From contig JAHBMJ010000234.1 in the NCBI GenBank assembly GCA_018398765.1, forward strand, positions 1 through 64,000: DNA of 64,000 bases, written 5' to 3'. The notes under the pieces were generated by a model that was not told the DNA's origin, made no database searches, and saw only the letters and a list, made by a program, of their open reading frames with translations. This DNA comes from Chromera velia (lineage: Eukaryota). The position numbers and the translations under genes are program-made. Shown here in pieces: positions 1 through 12,574 of this stretch. Every line of letters begins with the position of its first letter. Within the stretch, counting starts at the first letter, position 1.

Positions 1-2186
1 TATGTCTTACTTTTTATAGGCTTGGTCGATCGGTCACTTCAGAAAAAATAAGTTTACTTATATTTGAGACATATTCTCCCCACAACCCCTAATTAACACC
101 TGATTGAAACCGTTATAGCTTACTAATTTAGTTGTATAAATGTTTATTTCTTGTCATATTTCATTGGTGCTAGAGAGGTCAAAAAATGAGTATACAAAAC
201 TTATGTCGCCCATGGTAGTATGATGCTAACTACCTGGCTATATGAAATTTAGGGTGCAACTTAGCTAGTACAACCGAAGAAGAGTTGCTGCTTAAGACTC
301 AAAGTTAAGAGGGCTTGTCGAGCTCCAGTCCCATGAGATGTGTGGACGTTCTCAATCGACTGGTCAGCTTGCATCGATCGTTATGGGTGGCTATACAAGA
401 AGTTGTGTTTTTTAGTGTTTTCTCCATGATGGAAAGCCTTGTGCGTTGCTTCAAACATATATATAGCTGTATATATAGTTATTGCTACTTCCTACTACTT
501 CCTGCTCATTAATTGGTCTGTTCTGTACCGAGTATAACCGAGTATGGGGCTGGGTACGGGGCTCTGAAATATGTAGTGGCAGATTGTCTAAGCTTTATAT
601 GGTTGCAAAGAATTCAGCGTTTCGATCTTCATGTTGTTAATCAGCTAGGTGTCCAGGCGTGTCCATGTCCAGGCCATCCAATTTAACTTTCGATCGACTC
701 AATCTGCATGCATTGTTGTGATGCAACAAGGATTGCAATAGTATAACACCGTCGCATGCGACTGCTGCATGCCAGTGTATGAAGCTAGGCATGAAGCTCA
801 TTTAATCGGAATCGCGTCCCTAACTGGCTTCATGCTCTAGCTCCCTCCTCTCGAAAAAAAAGAAGCTGGGACAGCATACCCTGGATATTAATTCTTGCAG
901 CTTTGTATGCATTCATTCTCTTTTTGCAGTTTGCAGGGCTTTATCCGGGATCCCGGCCGGGCCCACTTGATGTGCGTGTGCGGTGTTCGCATGTGGCCTT
1001 ACACGCGCACGGAGCCGTCTACGGGGCTGCCGAGATAGACGGACGTGCATGAATGATTGCCATCTCTTTCTTTTTGTTCACATACGGATCTGTTTGCTCT
1101 TCGTGGGTATGAAAGAGAGGTTGTATTAAAAAAGTGAGGCCAGAGCCTTCATAAGACTGAATTACGCTGAATTATCCGGGTGATCCTGAGCTTTTCAGCC
1201 AATTTTGAGCACTTTTTTATGCCAGTTAGGTGCAAGGGGGGCGCGCAGCAAGCTGAGCAGGGGTGGCTTCGCTGCTATCTTCATATATAGAGTCTGATCC
1301 TGACCAGGGTGACTTTCTTAGTCTCTACTACGACTCTCTAGCCACTGCCGGAGGTCAGCTTAATATTTTTCAATGTTATAAAGCTTTTTATATGCTTTAG
1401 CCAGGGTCTGAAATAAACTTTACTGTCTGTCCACATAATATTTTAACTTTTTAATTTTTATTGACATAGAATTAAAAAAAAAAAATAATTTTTGATATAA
1501 ACAAGCAAAATAAAATAAAAGTGATATACTGATCTAGGCGTGATATGTATATATATATTTTTATATTATATTTTCAATTTTTAAAATATATCTATATATA
1601 TATCTAATATACCTATACCATTTCTTCAATGTATAAAAAGAGCTTTTCACTTCATAATAATAGTCTTTATTGGTTCACCGATGGTTCACCGAAGAACCCT
1701 TCCTGAAGAAAGTTTTCATTAATATAGTCTTACCTCATATATTTTTTCTATATATTTTTTTCTGTACATATATTATATTATGGGTTATAAAAAATATATC
1801 TAAAGATATATATATCTATAAATCATGCCTAGATACTGATTATATACACAAGCAATTACATCTAAAGGAAAAAAAATTTAAGAAAAATTTAGTGTGAAAT
1901 CATATTGTGATGGAAAACTATGCATTTATTATAGTGCAGGAACGTACTAGCGGTACGTGCTTCTAATCTAAACTTTTAATTAACTCTCACTAGGATTTTA
2001 ATCTAATGTTTTTTTGAACCCAATTTTGAATTTTCCAGCAAATCTACCAGGGTCTGGATATGAAGTTACAAGAGAGTCCCAGTCCTCTTAAAGGAACGTC
2101 TGTCAGTGAAAAGCCTGCGAAGTTCCATTCCGAAGGACCACTTGAAATTCATTTTCCCCGCTTCTTGTCCCTCAAGTAAGTCGGAT

Positions 2187-4837
2187 TTAAACTCGTTTGG
2201 TACGTGAGATTTTGGGCAGCGAATCGGGTTCAAGGAGATCGAAAAACGCCGAGAAGCCCTCAGGGCTGATTGCATTTCTTTCAAGATCCAGACGCTCAAG
2301 CTGCGGGCAAGCATGAATACGGAACACCTCCCACAGCTGCATCAGTTTCTCATCGTCGAAGTCGCAAGCATCTAGTTTGAGGACTTTCAAATTCGACAAC
2401 TTTGACTTTCCTCCACATTCCCTGCTTGCTGCAAGAGAAGCCAGAGCCTCTTTCCCCAGCCGCCCGCCACTGAAATTGAGAGTGTTCAGAGAAAGGGGGA
2501 GCCCTCCACTCTCTGCGAGGGCGCGGAGGAGCGGATCAACGCTTACTGGAGGCGAGCAAGAGTTGGAGGGAAGAGAGGGAAAGGAGGAGAGGAGGAAAGA
2601 GAGTTTTTGCAGACGAGGAGGAAACTTTGTCTTCCTCACACCATCAGCTAAAGCCCGCACGCCCTCCTCATCGACGTAAAAGTCGCTTTTTAGCTTCTCA
2701 AGAGAGGGCAGCTTCCCAGAGGTAAGTGCTAATACGACAAATCGTCCCTCCTGCTCTGCCGTTGTCTGGCTGAGGTTCAGATCCTTCAGCTTTGGGAGTC
2801 CTCTCTGACTCTGAATGATAGCATCCATCAACACCCTCCATGCTTCCCCCCCAGCTTCACTGTTGGAATGCAAGCAAAGATGACCAATACCCACAAGACC
2901 CCCCCCCCTGACTGCTTCTGCCAGTCCCCTCACACCCTGATCAGTCAGACCCGATTCACTCAAGTCGATATCAGAAAGCCTCGAAAGCTTTCCAGCGAGC
3001 AGTGCGGACCACAAAGGTTCCGCACCCTCACCCGCACTCGTCAGTGACAGGTCAAGTCTCTCAAGAAACGGCAACCCCTCCTCTCTCCCAACCACAGACC
3101 CCATCAAGGCCTCCATTCCCTCTCTGCCAATCCCACAACCCCAAGTGAAGTCAAGGACCCGCAGTCCCGACAGATGTCCACGCTTGACTGCTTCTGCTAT
3201 GACAGCTATGTCTGCATCGTCAAGTGATATTTCAATCAAAGAAAGCTCAGACAGACCTGGCACCGGCACATGGGAGAGTGCTGCTAAGAACACGTCTTTC
3301 CCCTCCGTCGGTACGTCTACTAGATCTCTCCCCTGAAACCTCAGCTTCCGGAGAAACCCTAAACAACCTCTCTCAATTCCCTCCCCCAACAACCGCAACC
3401 CCTCTAACTCCGGTCCATCATCCTCATGCCCAGCCTCCATGCCCAAGTCCAGAGCCTTCAACTTCCCCCTCCTTTCCCCTCCTTCCTCCAGCAAAACCGT
3501 GAGGAACATATTCATTTGCTCTGGTTCTACAGCAAGACCCAGTGTCTGAACAGAAGGAAACTCGCCCCTACCTAACGCACCCAAGACTTCGTCGCTAAGA
3601 ACCGACAACTGCAGCTGAACGTTTTCGAGAGGAGGGATCTCTGGAGAATTCAGAACAGCAAGGAACGCCTCGACTTCCTCTCGATTCTGCAAGTCTGACA
3701 TCAAATTCAGGTTCTTTAGAGAAGGCAGTGACTCCTTTCGAAGCGCTTTCCCTAAAAACTCCAGTCCCGACACAACCCGAGGGGCGCCCCAACAGAGCTT
3801 TTCGATTGGGTTCCCTTCAAGATCTAGGGTCTCCAATTTTGGCAGCTCTCCTTTTTCAAGCACTGATGCAAGCTGCATGATCGGTCCTGGGCCAAGCTCG
3901 CAATTTCTCAACAGCAACTCACGGAGACGTGGAAGAGATGCAATGCAAAGAACCTGACAGAGAATTTGCACATCCCCAAGAGAATCTTTCAGAGAGTTCT
4001 CAGACAGATTCAATGTCTCCACCCCCAACCCCTTCTCCTTAATGGCCTCACACAGAATCTCAAGACTTTCCTTCTCAAGACCTGTCCCCTGAAGGTCCAA
4101 CACGCGGAGGAAGGATGTCTTTCCTCCTCTGATCCCCTCAGCAAGAGCACGGAATCCATCTGTGCCGAGAGGATTGCCTGAGATCAAGAGAAAGGAAAGA
4201 AACACCGTGTGGATGCAAGAACGAAGTCGCATGAGGGCGAAAAGTAAGGAAGATGACAAGAAAAATCGAGGGAAAGATGGAGGGAAAGAAAGATACAAGT
4301 AAAACAAAAGGATGGCGGGGAAATAATTGCTCTCTATGATACTACGATTTTCTCTGATTCATTCGGCAGCGCCTCTTCTGAATGGTACACATAGAAAGAA
4401 ACCCGGGGTCGGTGCAGACCCGACGGAACACCCTCCTTCCTGCTGGCTGATTGACAGACCGGGTCGCTGATTTGCTGATCAAGCTTACCCTTCAAGCAGA
4501 GAGATTCCAGGGTCGGCAATAGAAGGGGGAACACCACTTGGGCTTCGAGAGCCCCGATTGAGTACTCTGAATTGGATGCATGGAGAATTAAGGGACGGAG
4601 GGTTAATCGATTCGTTGGTATGACTGCTCGCTCGAGTGATACAGAAAGAAAGATCAACCGAAACAAATCAAAAGGCATTCCAAAAAAGAGGGAGCAGAAA
4701 GGCGCCAGAGAAAGAGAGCAAATCCAGGCAAAAAATCGGCCATATCTGACCGGACAAAAGGTGCTTTCCCACACGTTTTTCCTTTCTTCCTTCTTTCTTT
4801 CTGTCTGTCTTTCTTTCTTTCTCTCTCTCTCTCTCTC

Positions 4838-4908
<71 letters not shown>

Positions 4909-5538
4909 CTTCTTTCCAAGATACATTGGACAGGCTGTTCCCGATCGCTTGCAATCCGCCCATTCCAGATGGACTTCTTTCTTTTCCTTTTCCTGCATGC
5001 ATGTGCAGTGCCGCAACATTCTCCAGAGCGAGTCCCTGTAGACCTCCTCCTTTGTGTTCTCTCATGCATGCACCCCACTCACCTGAAAAGGTGCAGGTCT
5101 TCAGTCGAGGCGCCTCCCCCCTACCCTCTCTCGCAGCCGTCACCCTTTCCAGAAACCGAACAAAGAGAGGAAGTGCTCCTCCTTTGACAATCACACCGTC
5201 TGCACGCACAAATTGAGAAGGACCTCAATTCAGTGTCCTTCGCTATCAACTCTATTTCTCTCGACGACTCCTTCCCCGAGGAAGATCGGCAGAAACACAA
5301 ACAGAGAGAAGGCATCTCTACACGTGCAGTGAGACCGCAATACTTGAGAGAGGAATAACACCAAAGAGCAACGACAAGGTCAGAGCCATTGAGAGAAGAG
5401 CTCTAACTGACCCAGTTTGAGGCCCTCAATCGATGAGGGAAGGAGGTTCAGCACCAGAGAGATCTTCCTTGCAGACAGACCGTGGGTATCTGAAAGGAGA
5501 AAATGAGATGAGACAGAGTATGTAGGGGAGGAACGCGG

Positions 5539-5576
<38 letters not shown>

Positions 5577-5619
5577 TCTCTCTCTGTGTGCGTGCGTGCG
5601 TGCCTTCCTGCCTACCTGC

Positions 5620-5667
<48 letters not shown>

Positions 5668-6278
5668 GGACAGGCTGTTCCCGATCGCTTGCAATCCGCC
5701 CATTCCAGATGGACTTCTTTCTTTTCCTTTTCCTGCATGCATGTGCAGTGCCGCAACATTCTCCAGAGCGAGTCCCTGTAGACCTCCTCCTTTGTGTTCT
5801 CTCATGCATGCACCCCACTCACCTGAAAAGGTGCAGGTCTTCAGTCGAGGCGCCTCCCCCCTACCCTCTCTCGCAGCCGTCACCCTTTCCAGAAACCGAA
5901 CAAAGAGAGGAAGTGCTCCTCCTTTGACAATCACACCGTCTGCACGCACAAATTGAGAAGGACCTCAATTCAGTGTCCTTCGCTATCAACTCTATTTCTC
6001 TCGACGACTCCTTCCCCGAGGAAGATCGGCAGAAACACAAACAGAGAGAAGGCATCTCTACACGTGCAGTGAGACCGCAATACTTGAGAGAGGAATAACA
6101 CCAAAGAGCAACGACAAGGTCAGAGCCATTGAGAGAAGAGCTCTAACTGACCCAGTTTGAGGCCCTCAATCGATGAGGGAAGGAGGTTCAGCACCAGAGA
6201 GATCTTCCTTGCAGACAGACCGTGGGTATCTGAAAGGAGAAAATGAGATGAGACAGAGTATGTAGGGGAGGAACGCGG

Positions 6279-6342
<64 letters not shown>

Positions 6343-7858
6343 CCTGTCTTCTCTCTGTGTGTCGGCGTGTTTGTGTGAGGTGCCCTCTTCACATATCAGA
6401 ATGGGAGAGGGAGAAGACGGTGGGACGTGTCCGTCGAGCTCTGCGTTTCCTTCTTCTACTTTTTACGCACATCCCTGCATGAGGGGAACAGAGGACTAGA
6501 GACCCCAACGATGCGCTCGGACTTCGAGAGCGGACTCCGACTCGATCACACAATTGCACTAGCGTCCCGTGGGAAAACCTTGGAGGAAAATGCACAAAAG
6601 GAGTCTCTCGGGCATACATAGTTCTGTACTCGCACAGATTTTCAGACTGCCTGCCCGTAAAGAGGACTGACCAGAAAAGTCAACGCATCCGCTTGGGGGG
6701 TCGACAGAAAGTTTTCCGACTTGTTTGCTCTGCGTGGAAGCCAGGTAAGGAGGAGAAGAAAGAGATGACAGTGGGAGAAGAACATCATTCGGGTGACAAA
6801 AGAGAAGGCAGGGAGAAGCGGAGAAGATGAGAAAGACGCAAGGACAGGGGGGAGAGACGATTGCAGAACAGCATTAGAAATGAGAAATGAAGACGTCGAT
6901 TATAGAAACTGGCCATCGCTTCTCCCTTGCAGAGAAGAAGACTGAAAGAGGAAAGAGAAGTGTGTGGTCATGGGCAGGGGCTTGTTTTCCGGTTCACTCG
7001 TTTCCTCTTGCTGTTTGAGAAGGGTCACGGGAGGCAACTCTGGCTCATGCGAAACAAATTCACTAGAATACAGGGAGGGACTATGTGAATGACTGGCCGT
7101 AGAAAACAGAGGTATTCATGCAGTCATGTGAGGGATCGATGCAAGCGCATGTCTTCAAACAAAATTGACTGGCTGACTGACCCTCTGGAAAAGAACGAGG
7201 CTCAGCCAGGCCAATCCGAAAGAGTCTCTGTCTTTTGCGAGGTCGGAGAGCGCCTGCAGAGCTCAGTGGAAGGCTTTAAGAGGATTGACGGATCCCAAAC
7301 GAGAGACACACGCACAGGGAAATAGACAGAGAAAGGCTCAGAGAGAAATAATACGAAAAAAAAACGTCAGGGGAGCTGCACGGACAAAAAAAAGGGGGGG
7401 AGTGTTTAATACATCCGCAAGGACCCTACAGCAGGCGTGCGTATGTCGTCAGATGCCTTTCTGCTTCTTCGGTGTAAGATCGAGTTCGATAAAGAGGGCC
7501 GTCCAAACACATGCACATGAAGGGAAAGGATGCATGGTGTTGCTGTGCGGAGGCCAAGATGTGCCGTCAAGGGGCAAAGTAAGGTCCCCTTTGGTCTACA
7601 GGCTCAAGCATAAAACACACACAATTGCTTTTGGTGGAAGTCGAGACCTCTTATTCATGCAATGCGCATTGTGCACGCAAGTGTATATATATAATATATA
7701 TATATGTCTCAATGCATTCGCTTCAAATCACTGACCTGAGATTCCACTCCCATGCGCTTGAGGAGGACGAACAGGGCGTCGTCTCGAATCTGTTCACTCT
7801 TGTCATTGATCTCCTTTCCTGCAGTCTGCTCGCTGTATGGGGCGTCGACCTCCATCAT
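2187..7858 (-). CDS. Multi-exon RNI-like leucine-rich repeat protein (paralog 1)
   Basis: Long terminal exon 2187-4177 has many LxxLxL repeats (LRVLDLQGT, LETLDLEGN, LKVLKLDAC). Upstream exons match paralog 2: 5083-5199 'ALPLFVRFLERV', 5412-5489, ~7190-7250 'LSDLAKDRDSFGLAWL', and a first exon from ATG 7858 'DDALFVLLKRMGVESQ|gtcag'. Some middle exons are unresolved. Confidence 0.85.
4924..6300. repeat. Tandem duplication (740-bp period) inside LRR gene 1, covering two exons
   Basis: 'cattggacaggctgttcc...' starts at both 4924 and 5664. The non-microsatellite sequence looks identical by eye. Confidence 0.95.
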
Positions 7859-8299
7859 CTGTGCTGTAGGGGGCTCCTTTTCTGCGAAGAGACACACGTG
7901 CATTACATATAGACTTTTTTTGGTGAAGGCTCTGACTGCAGCGGAACAAATACCGTCCCTGACCGCTAGGCTTGATCTTCTGGGGGTCTTTCTCCTTTGA
8001 TGTTCAGTGACCTTGCATTGTTTCCGGCTTCATGACTGCCAAGCAGCTACAGGCAGTGAGTGAGATAGAGAAATTGAAGGATCTTGTCGACAGTATATAT
8101 CGTCAGTTGTCTTTTAGGTGTCTTTCCGAGGGATGCAACGCATGAATATCGACAGACGGGTTACGAATAGAGGTCGCACGAACTTGTGGACCGAATTCTC
8201 ATTGCTCACTGAGCGTGTCTCACAGGCTGTTCTTCCTTTTCAATGCGAATCTCTGCCTGCTCGGCCCTTGTGCCTTAATGTCAACGACTGACCTGCATG

Positions 8300-8760
8300 C
8301 TTAATTTCACTTTTGCTGGCTGCAAAACGCAGCTGTAGAGATGCGCGCTCGCGCGAAAAAAGGGATTTGATTTTTTTCCTACATAGACGAGATACACCCA
8401 ACCAGTTGGGTGAGTGCCTCGGCCGCGGGGCCCTTAATTTAGGGGGTCCGCAAATTTGATTGATGCGCACCATCGGGGGCTTGGGCATGTCTTGTGCAGG
8501 TGCATGGGGCGGGGGCCACGGCAACGCGCGCGAAGTATGCTTTTCGGGACCGCGCGAGCATGCAGTTGCAACTCCGTGCGAGTTACTTGAGGGGCACGCA
8601 TGTGCGAAGTACTCAAGGTATGTGCGATCGCGGCTCCGTGCGAGTTGCTTGAGGGGCACATTTTGGAATTCGGGCGACACCGTGACACCCTCCCAAAAAT
8701 GAAAAAATGCGTTATGCGAGTGCGTGCGATCTCAGGGCCTCTCAGCTGATCTCAGCAGAG
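8300..8760. promoter_or_regulatory. GC-rich putative bidirectional promoter region
   Basis: Lies between divergent starts (7858 -, 9072 +). Contains a 26-bp direct repeat (8572-8597/8634-8659) and GCGGGGGCCACGGCA, which is also found at 30009. Confidence 0.45.
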
Positions 8761-9071
8761 CTGAGCTGCCCCCCGAGGCGATTCACCATACAATATACAA
8801 TGCATGCAGGTCTGAGGACTTTTTTGCCACCAACACATTGAGTAGCGGCCGGATTCTGCAACTTCTGTCACCGCTCTCTTCAGTTTTCCATTTGTGCTTT
8901 CTGATTCTCACTGGTCTTAGCGCCTTCGCTCACTTCAGCGCTGCATTTGTTACACACCCGCAAGCGTTGCTGGAGACAATCAAGACACAAGACTTCAAAC
9001 AACAGTTGTTCACAGACAGACATTCCGACTCGATCGTAGGATAATCGCCACCCGCTGCTCAGTGTGACACC

Positions 9072-9800
9072 ATGAAGCGATCTGCGACTGCCAACGAGAG
9101 TCAGGAAACTTTTGTTGACCAGACAAGTGACGCAAACTTGGAGGAAGAGGAAGAGGAAGAGGAAAACGAGGACATGTCCGGGGAGGAGGAGATGCATTTT
9201 GTGTTCCCAGAGGACAGAGAGAACAACATCACGGCAGATGACGAGGAAGCCGAAGGGTGGTTTGAATGTCAGGCACAGAAGAAAAGCGACATGATGGAGC
9301 AGGAGAGGATACCCCGCAATCCCTTTGCCTCTTTCTCCGAATCCGAGCCTGTCGAGCCCCTCACATTTTTCTGGCGCCTCGGGAAGGATGCGTACGAAGA
9401 CGCGAGAGTTGCATGTCGCAAGAGGGCGAGAAGACAGCGTCTTGCTCAACTGAAAAAGGAGCGAGCTGCAGCAGCAGCTGTGTCAAAGAAGACTGACGCC
9501 CCCTCCCCCGACAGCCCTCCGAAAGAAGAAGCGGAAGCACAGGAGGAAGACGAGGAGGAGGAGGAAGAGGAAGAGCCCAGGTATTCGGTGGTGCAGTTGA
9601 TCACCCTCATCTGTCTGATGCTCTTCTGCCTCTGTCTGGTGAACCCAACCATCTTTGGCTTCTTTTCCGTCTTTGTCGTCATTCTCGGGGGCGTCTTCTT
9701 CCTCTCTGTCATCCACCTGCAGGAAACCCACCCCGCCCCCGCCACAGTCCTCAGAGACGCAGTGGCCGATCTGCAGCCCTTCAACCTACAGACAGCGTAA
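9072..9800 (+). CDS. Hypothetical acidic protein with two C-terminal transmembrane segments (242 aa, intronless)
   Basis: Clean ORF with Glu-rich tracts and hydrophobic segments VVQLITLICLMLFCLCLV and IFGFFSVFVVILGGVFFLSVI. Confidence 0.75.
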   Translation: MKRSATANESQETFVDQTSDANLEEEEEEEENEDMSGEEEMHFVFPEDRENNITADDEEAEGWFECQAQKKSDMMEQERIPRNPFASFSESEPVEPLTFFWRLGKDAYEDARVACRKRARRQRLAQLKKERAAAAAVSKKTDAPSPDSPPKEEAEAQEEDEEEEEEEEPRYSVVQLITLICLMLFCLCLVNPTIFGFFSVFVVILGGVFFLSVIHLQETHPAPATVLRDAVADLQPFNLQTA

Positions 9801-10108
9801 TTCAAGCTGTGTGAGTGGTCCACGGTTCTGCAGAGAACAAAAAAGTGAGAGTGCGTGTGGGAGTCATAAATTGGACACAATTAAGAGATGGTGCATGCGA
9901 GCGAATGTAAAAGAAAAAGGAGCGGCTTGCACCTATGGGAAGTCCCGAGCTCAAAGGGTGCGCACTTTCGTTTGGATGAGGTTCTACAGGAAGACATTTA
10001 GACAAATTCGAATTCAGGCTGATAGAATCTCAATGCGTGCACAACGACAGACATCAACTTCCAAGATCATAAAGAGGCAAGACGCGTTGAAAGAGCATTC
10101 CGCGCAAG

Positions 10109-10149
<41 letters not shown>

Positions 10150-11486
10150 ACACACACACACACCCCTAGACACACACGCACGTGTACATGCGCACACACA
10201 GAGTGTTATACAGCTAGCTATACATGTGACTCTGTTTCAAATTGTATGGTTAGATATCTTAGTTTATATAATATTATAATGCTGTTACACATTACTATAC
10301 TTATAATGCATTGTCTAGGCATTGGTAAAACTAACATAAAGCACTGAACACTGAACTAAAGGAAGCAGCTAATGATTACGGCTAAACCCGAGGCCTTGTG
10401 TGTGAATCTAAATCACCTGGAATATAAACTTCATTTCATCTAAATGTTAGGAAAAATAATCCAAATACATGAATCAATAATCAATCAATGACAATCATCA
10501 TTGAATAATCTTTAATTAACTCCTACTCCGAGTCACTAGCCTACTTAATCTGCCTTGATAACTAAGTCAGAACTTTAAATTATCGTTTATATTCTGTATT
10601 TTTATAGCAAATTTAGCATTTTTCAACATACGTTTTGAAAAATATCAAAAGATATATTTATAAGCTATTTGGTCTTTTGTTTGGTCTTTAGAAACTTTTG
10701 AAACCAATACACTTGAATACATCCTCATTTGAATAGTTCAATAAAAAATGATTAAATTCAACAACTTAAAAAAAAATATGTTAAATATTGAATTGAATTG
10801 AATTTGAATTCAGGCGGTTAAAGCTGGCTTTAAGCCGCCCTTTAAGCCGGTGAGCCACCACTTAATTAGGCTCTGGCCAACCACGGGGCATGACATGCAA
10901 TGTTGGTTGGTTAACCTAGTGCATATACAGTTAAATATGATGCCAATGAAATTCAATGTTAAGAAAATTACTGAAAAAAATGCAGGAAAACAGAGAATTA
11001 TAGTAAGAGACAAGATGTGAAAAGATATACTTAGACAGGGCATCTTGAACCAGATTTTGAAATAGACGAGAGGAGTAAGGCTCATTGCGAAGGAAACAAA
11101 CAGGATCCTTTGAAACTTTTCAAGCTGAAAGGGAGCAAGGGGCAAAAAGAAGGAAAGTGAAATAAGTTTGGGGGGATCGGGCCCCAAAGAAGAAGGTAAC
11201 ATGAAAAGCCGAAAAAAGTGTCTATTTCACCCATTTTGAAAAGCGAAAGTAAACACATAGAATTCCAGTTGCATTCTGGAATCAGCTTGTCTCTGCACAC
11301 AGGAACAGTGTATCTTCTTGGTCACTTGAACCGTTTTTGCGTCCTTCGCCTCAGCGAGCAGTGCCCGTCGCCGTTTGTGGGCCGAATCAAAGGGTAAAGT
11401 CAGTGTCTCCTCACACTTGCTCTGATCCGATTCCTTCACGTGATCCCACTCTGTCCCTCCGCCTGTGTCCTCTTGACCCCGCTACT

Positions 11487-11629
11487 TCATTTCTTTTTTC
11501 CCTTCGGACTCGCTTCCTCCTCTCCCTCTGGCCTTGTTGCTGCACAAACGGACAGACAAACATGCATGCTCACGGATGAATCCTGCTACATAGACAAACC
11601 ACATCATTCTGTACACACACACACACACA

Positions 11630-11712
<83 letters not shown>

Positions 11713-12078
11713 ATGCACCGCTTCATTCGATGAATGCGACCTTTCGACTTTGTCACTTGCCGCCTCAGATCAACATAATTTCTCTATTCGCGCATCACCC
11801 AAGGCAGCTTGGTGCGACGATGGAGCACATTTGCGACGATGGAGCAAACAACAAAACATCACTTTCCCGTCACTTTGCCACGACGATTGGCTGTCTTCTT
11901 TCTCCAGTTGACTGACGCTGCAGCTTAAAGTATGGGTAGGGGAGGTGTGCGAGAGTGAAGTGCTGTCCGTTGAGGGAGAACTCGAGGACCGCCAGCTGGA
12001 AGGGGACGGAGGAGGGGGACTCGAAGGAAGGGATCTCCACCTGTGCAAAGAGGAAAGAGGGGCACATGTACATGCATT

Positions 12079-12113
<35 letters not shown>

Positions 12114-12287
12114 AGAGAGACAGACAAAGGCACACATACACATACACAAATGCAGTTTGATGGATAGATGGAGAGACAGAGACAGAGACAGAGACAGAGA
12201 CAGAGAAAGAGACAGAGACAGAGACAGAGACAGAGACAGACAGACGGAGAGACAGACAGACACAGACACAGACACAGACACAGACAC

Positions 12288-12326
<39 letters not shown>

Positions 12327-12356
12327 AAGTTGGATGGATAGATGGAAAGACACACA

Positions 12357-12394
<38 letters not shown>

Positions 12395-12526
12395 AGAGAG
12401 AGAGAGGAAAGAGAGAGAGGAAAGAGAGAGAGAAAAGAGAGAGAATGAAAGAGAGAGAGAGAGAGTGAGACAGACAGAGAGACAGAGACAGAGATAGAGA
12501 CAGAGACAGAGACAGAGACAAAGAGA

Positions 12527-12574
<48 letters not shown>

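Noticed and set aside
10811..10860. CAGGCGG...TTTAAGCC repeats as a transposon terminus
   Set aside because: No matching opposite TIR or TSD was found in the window.
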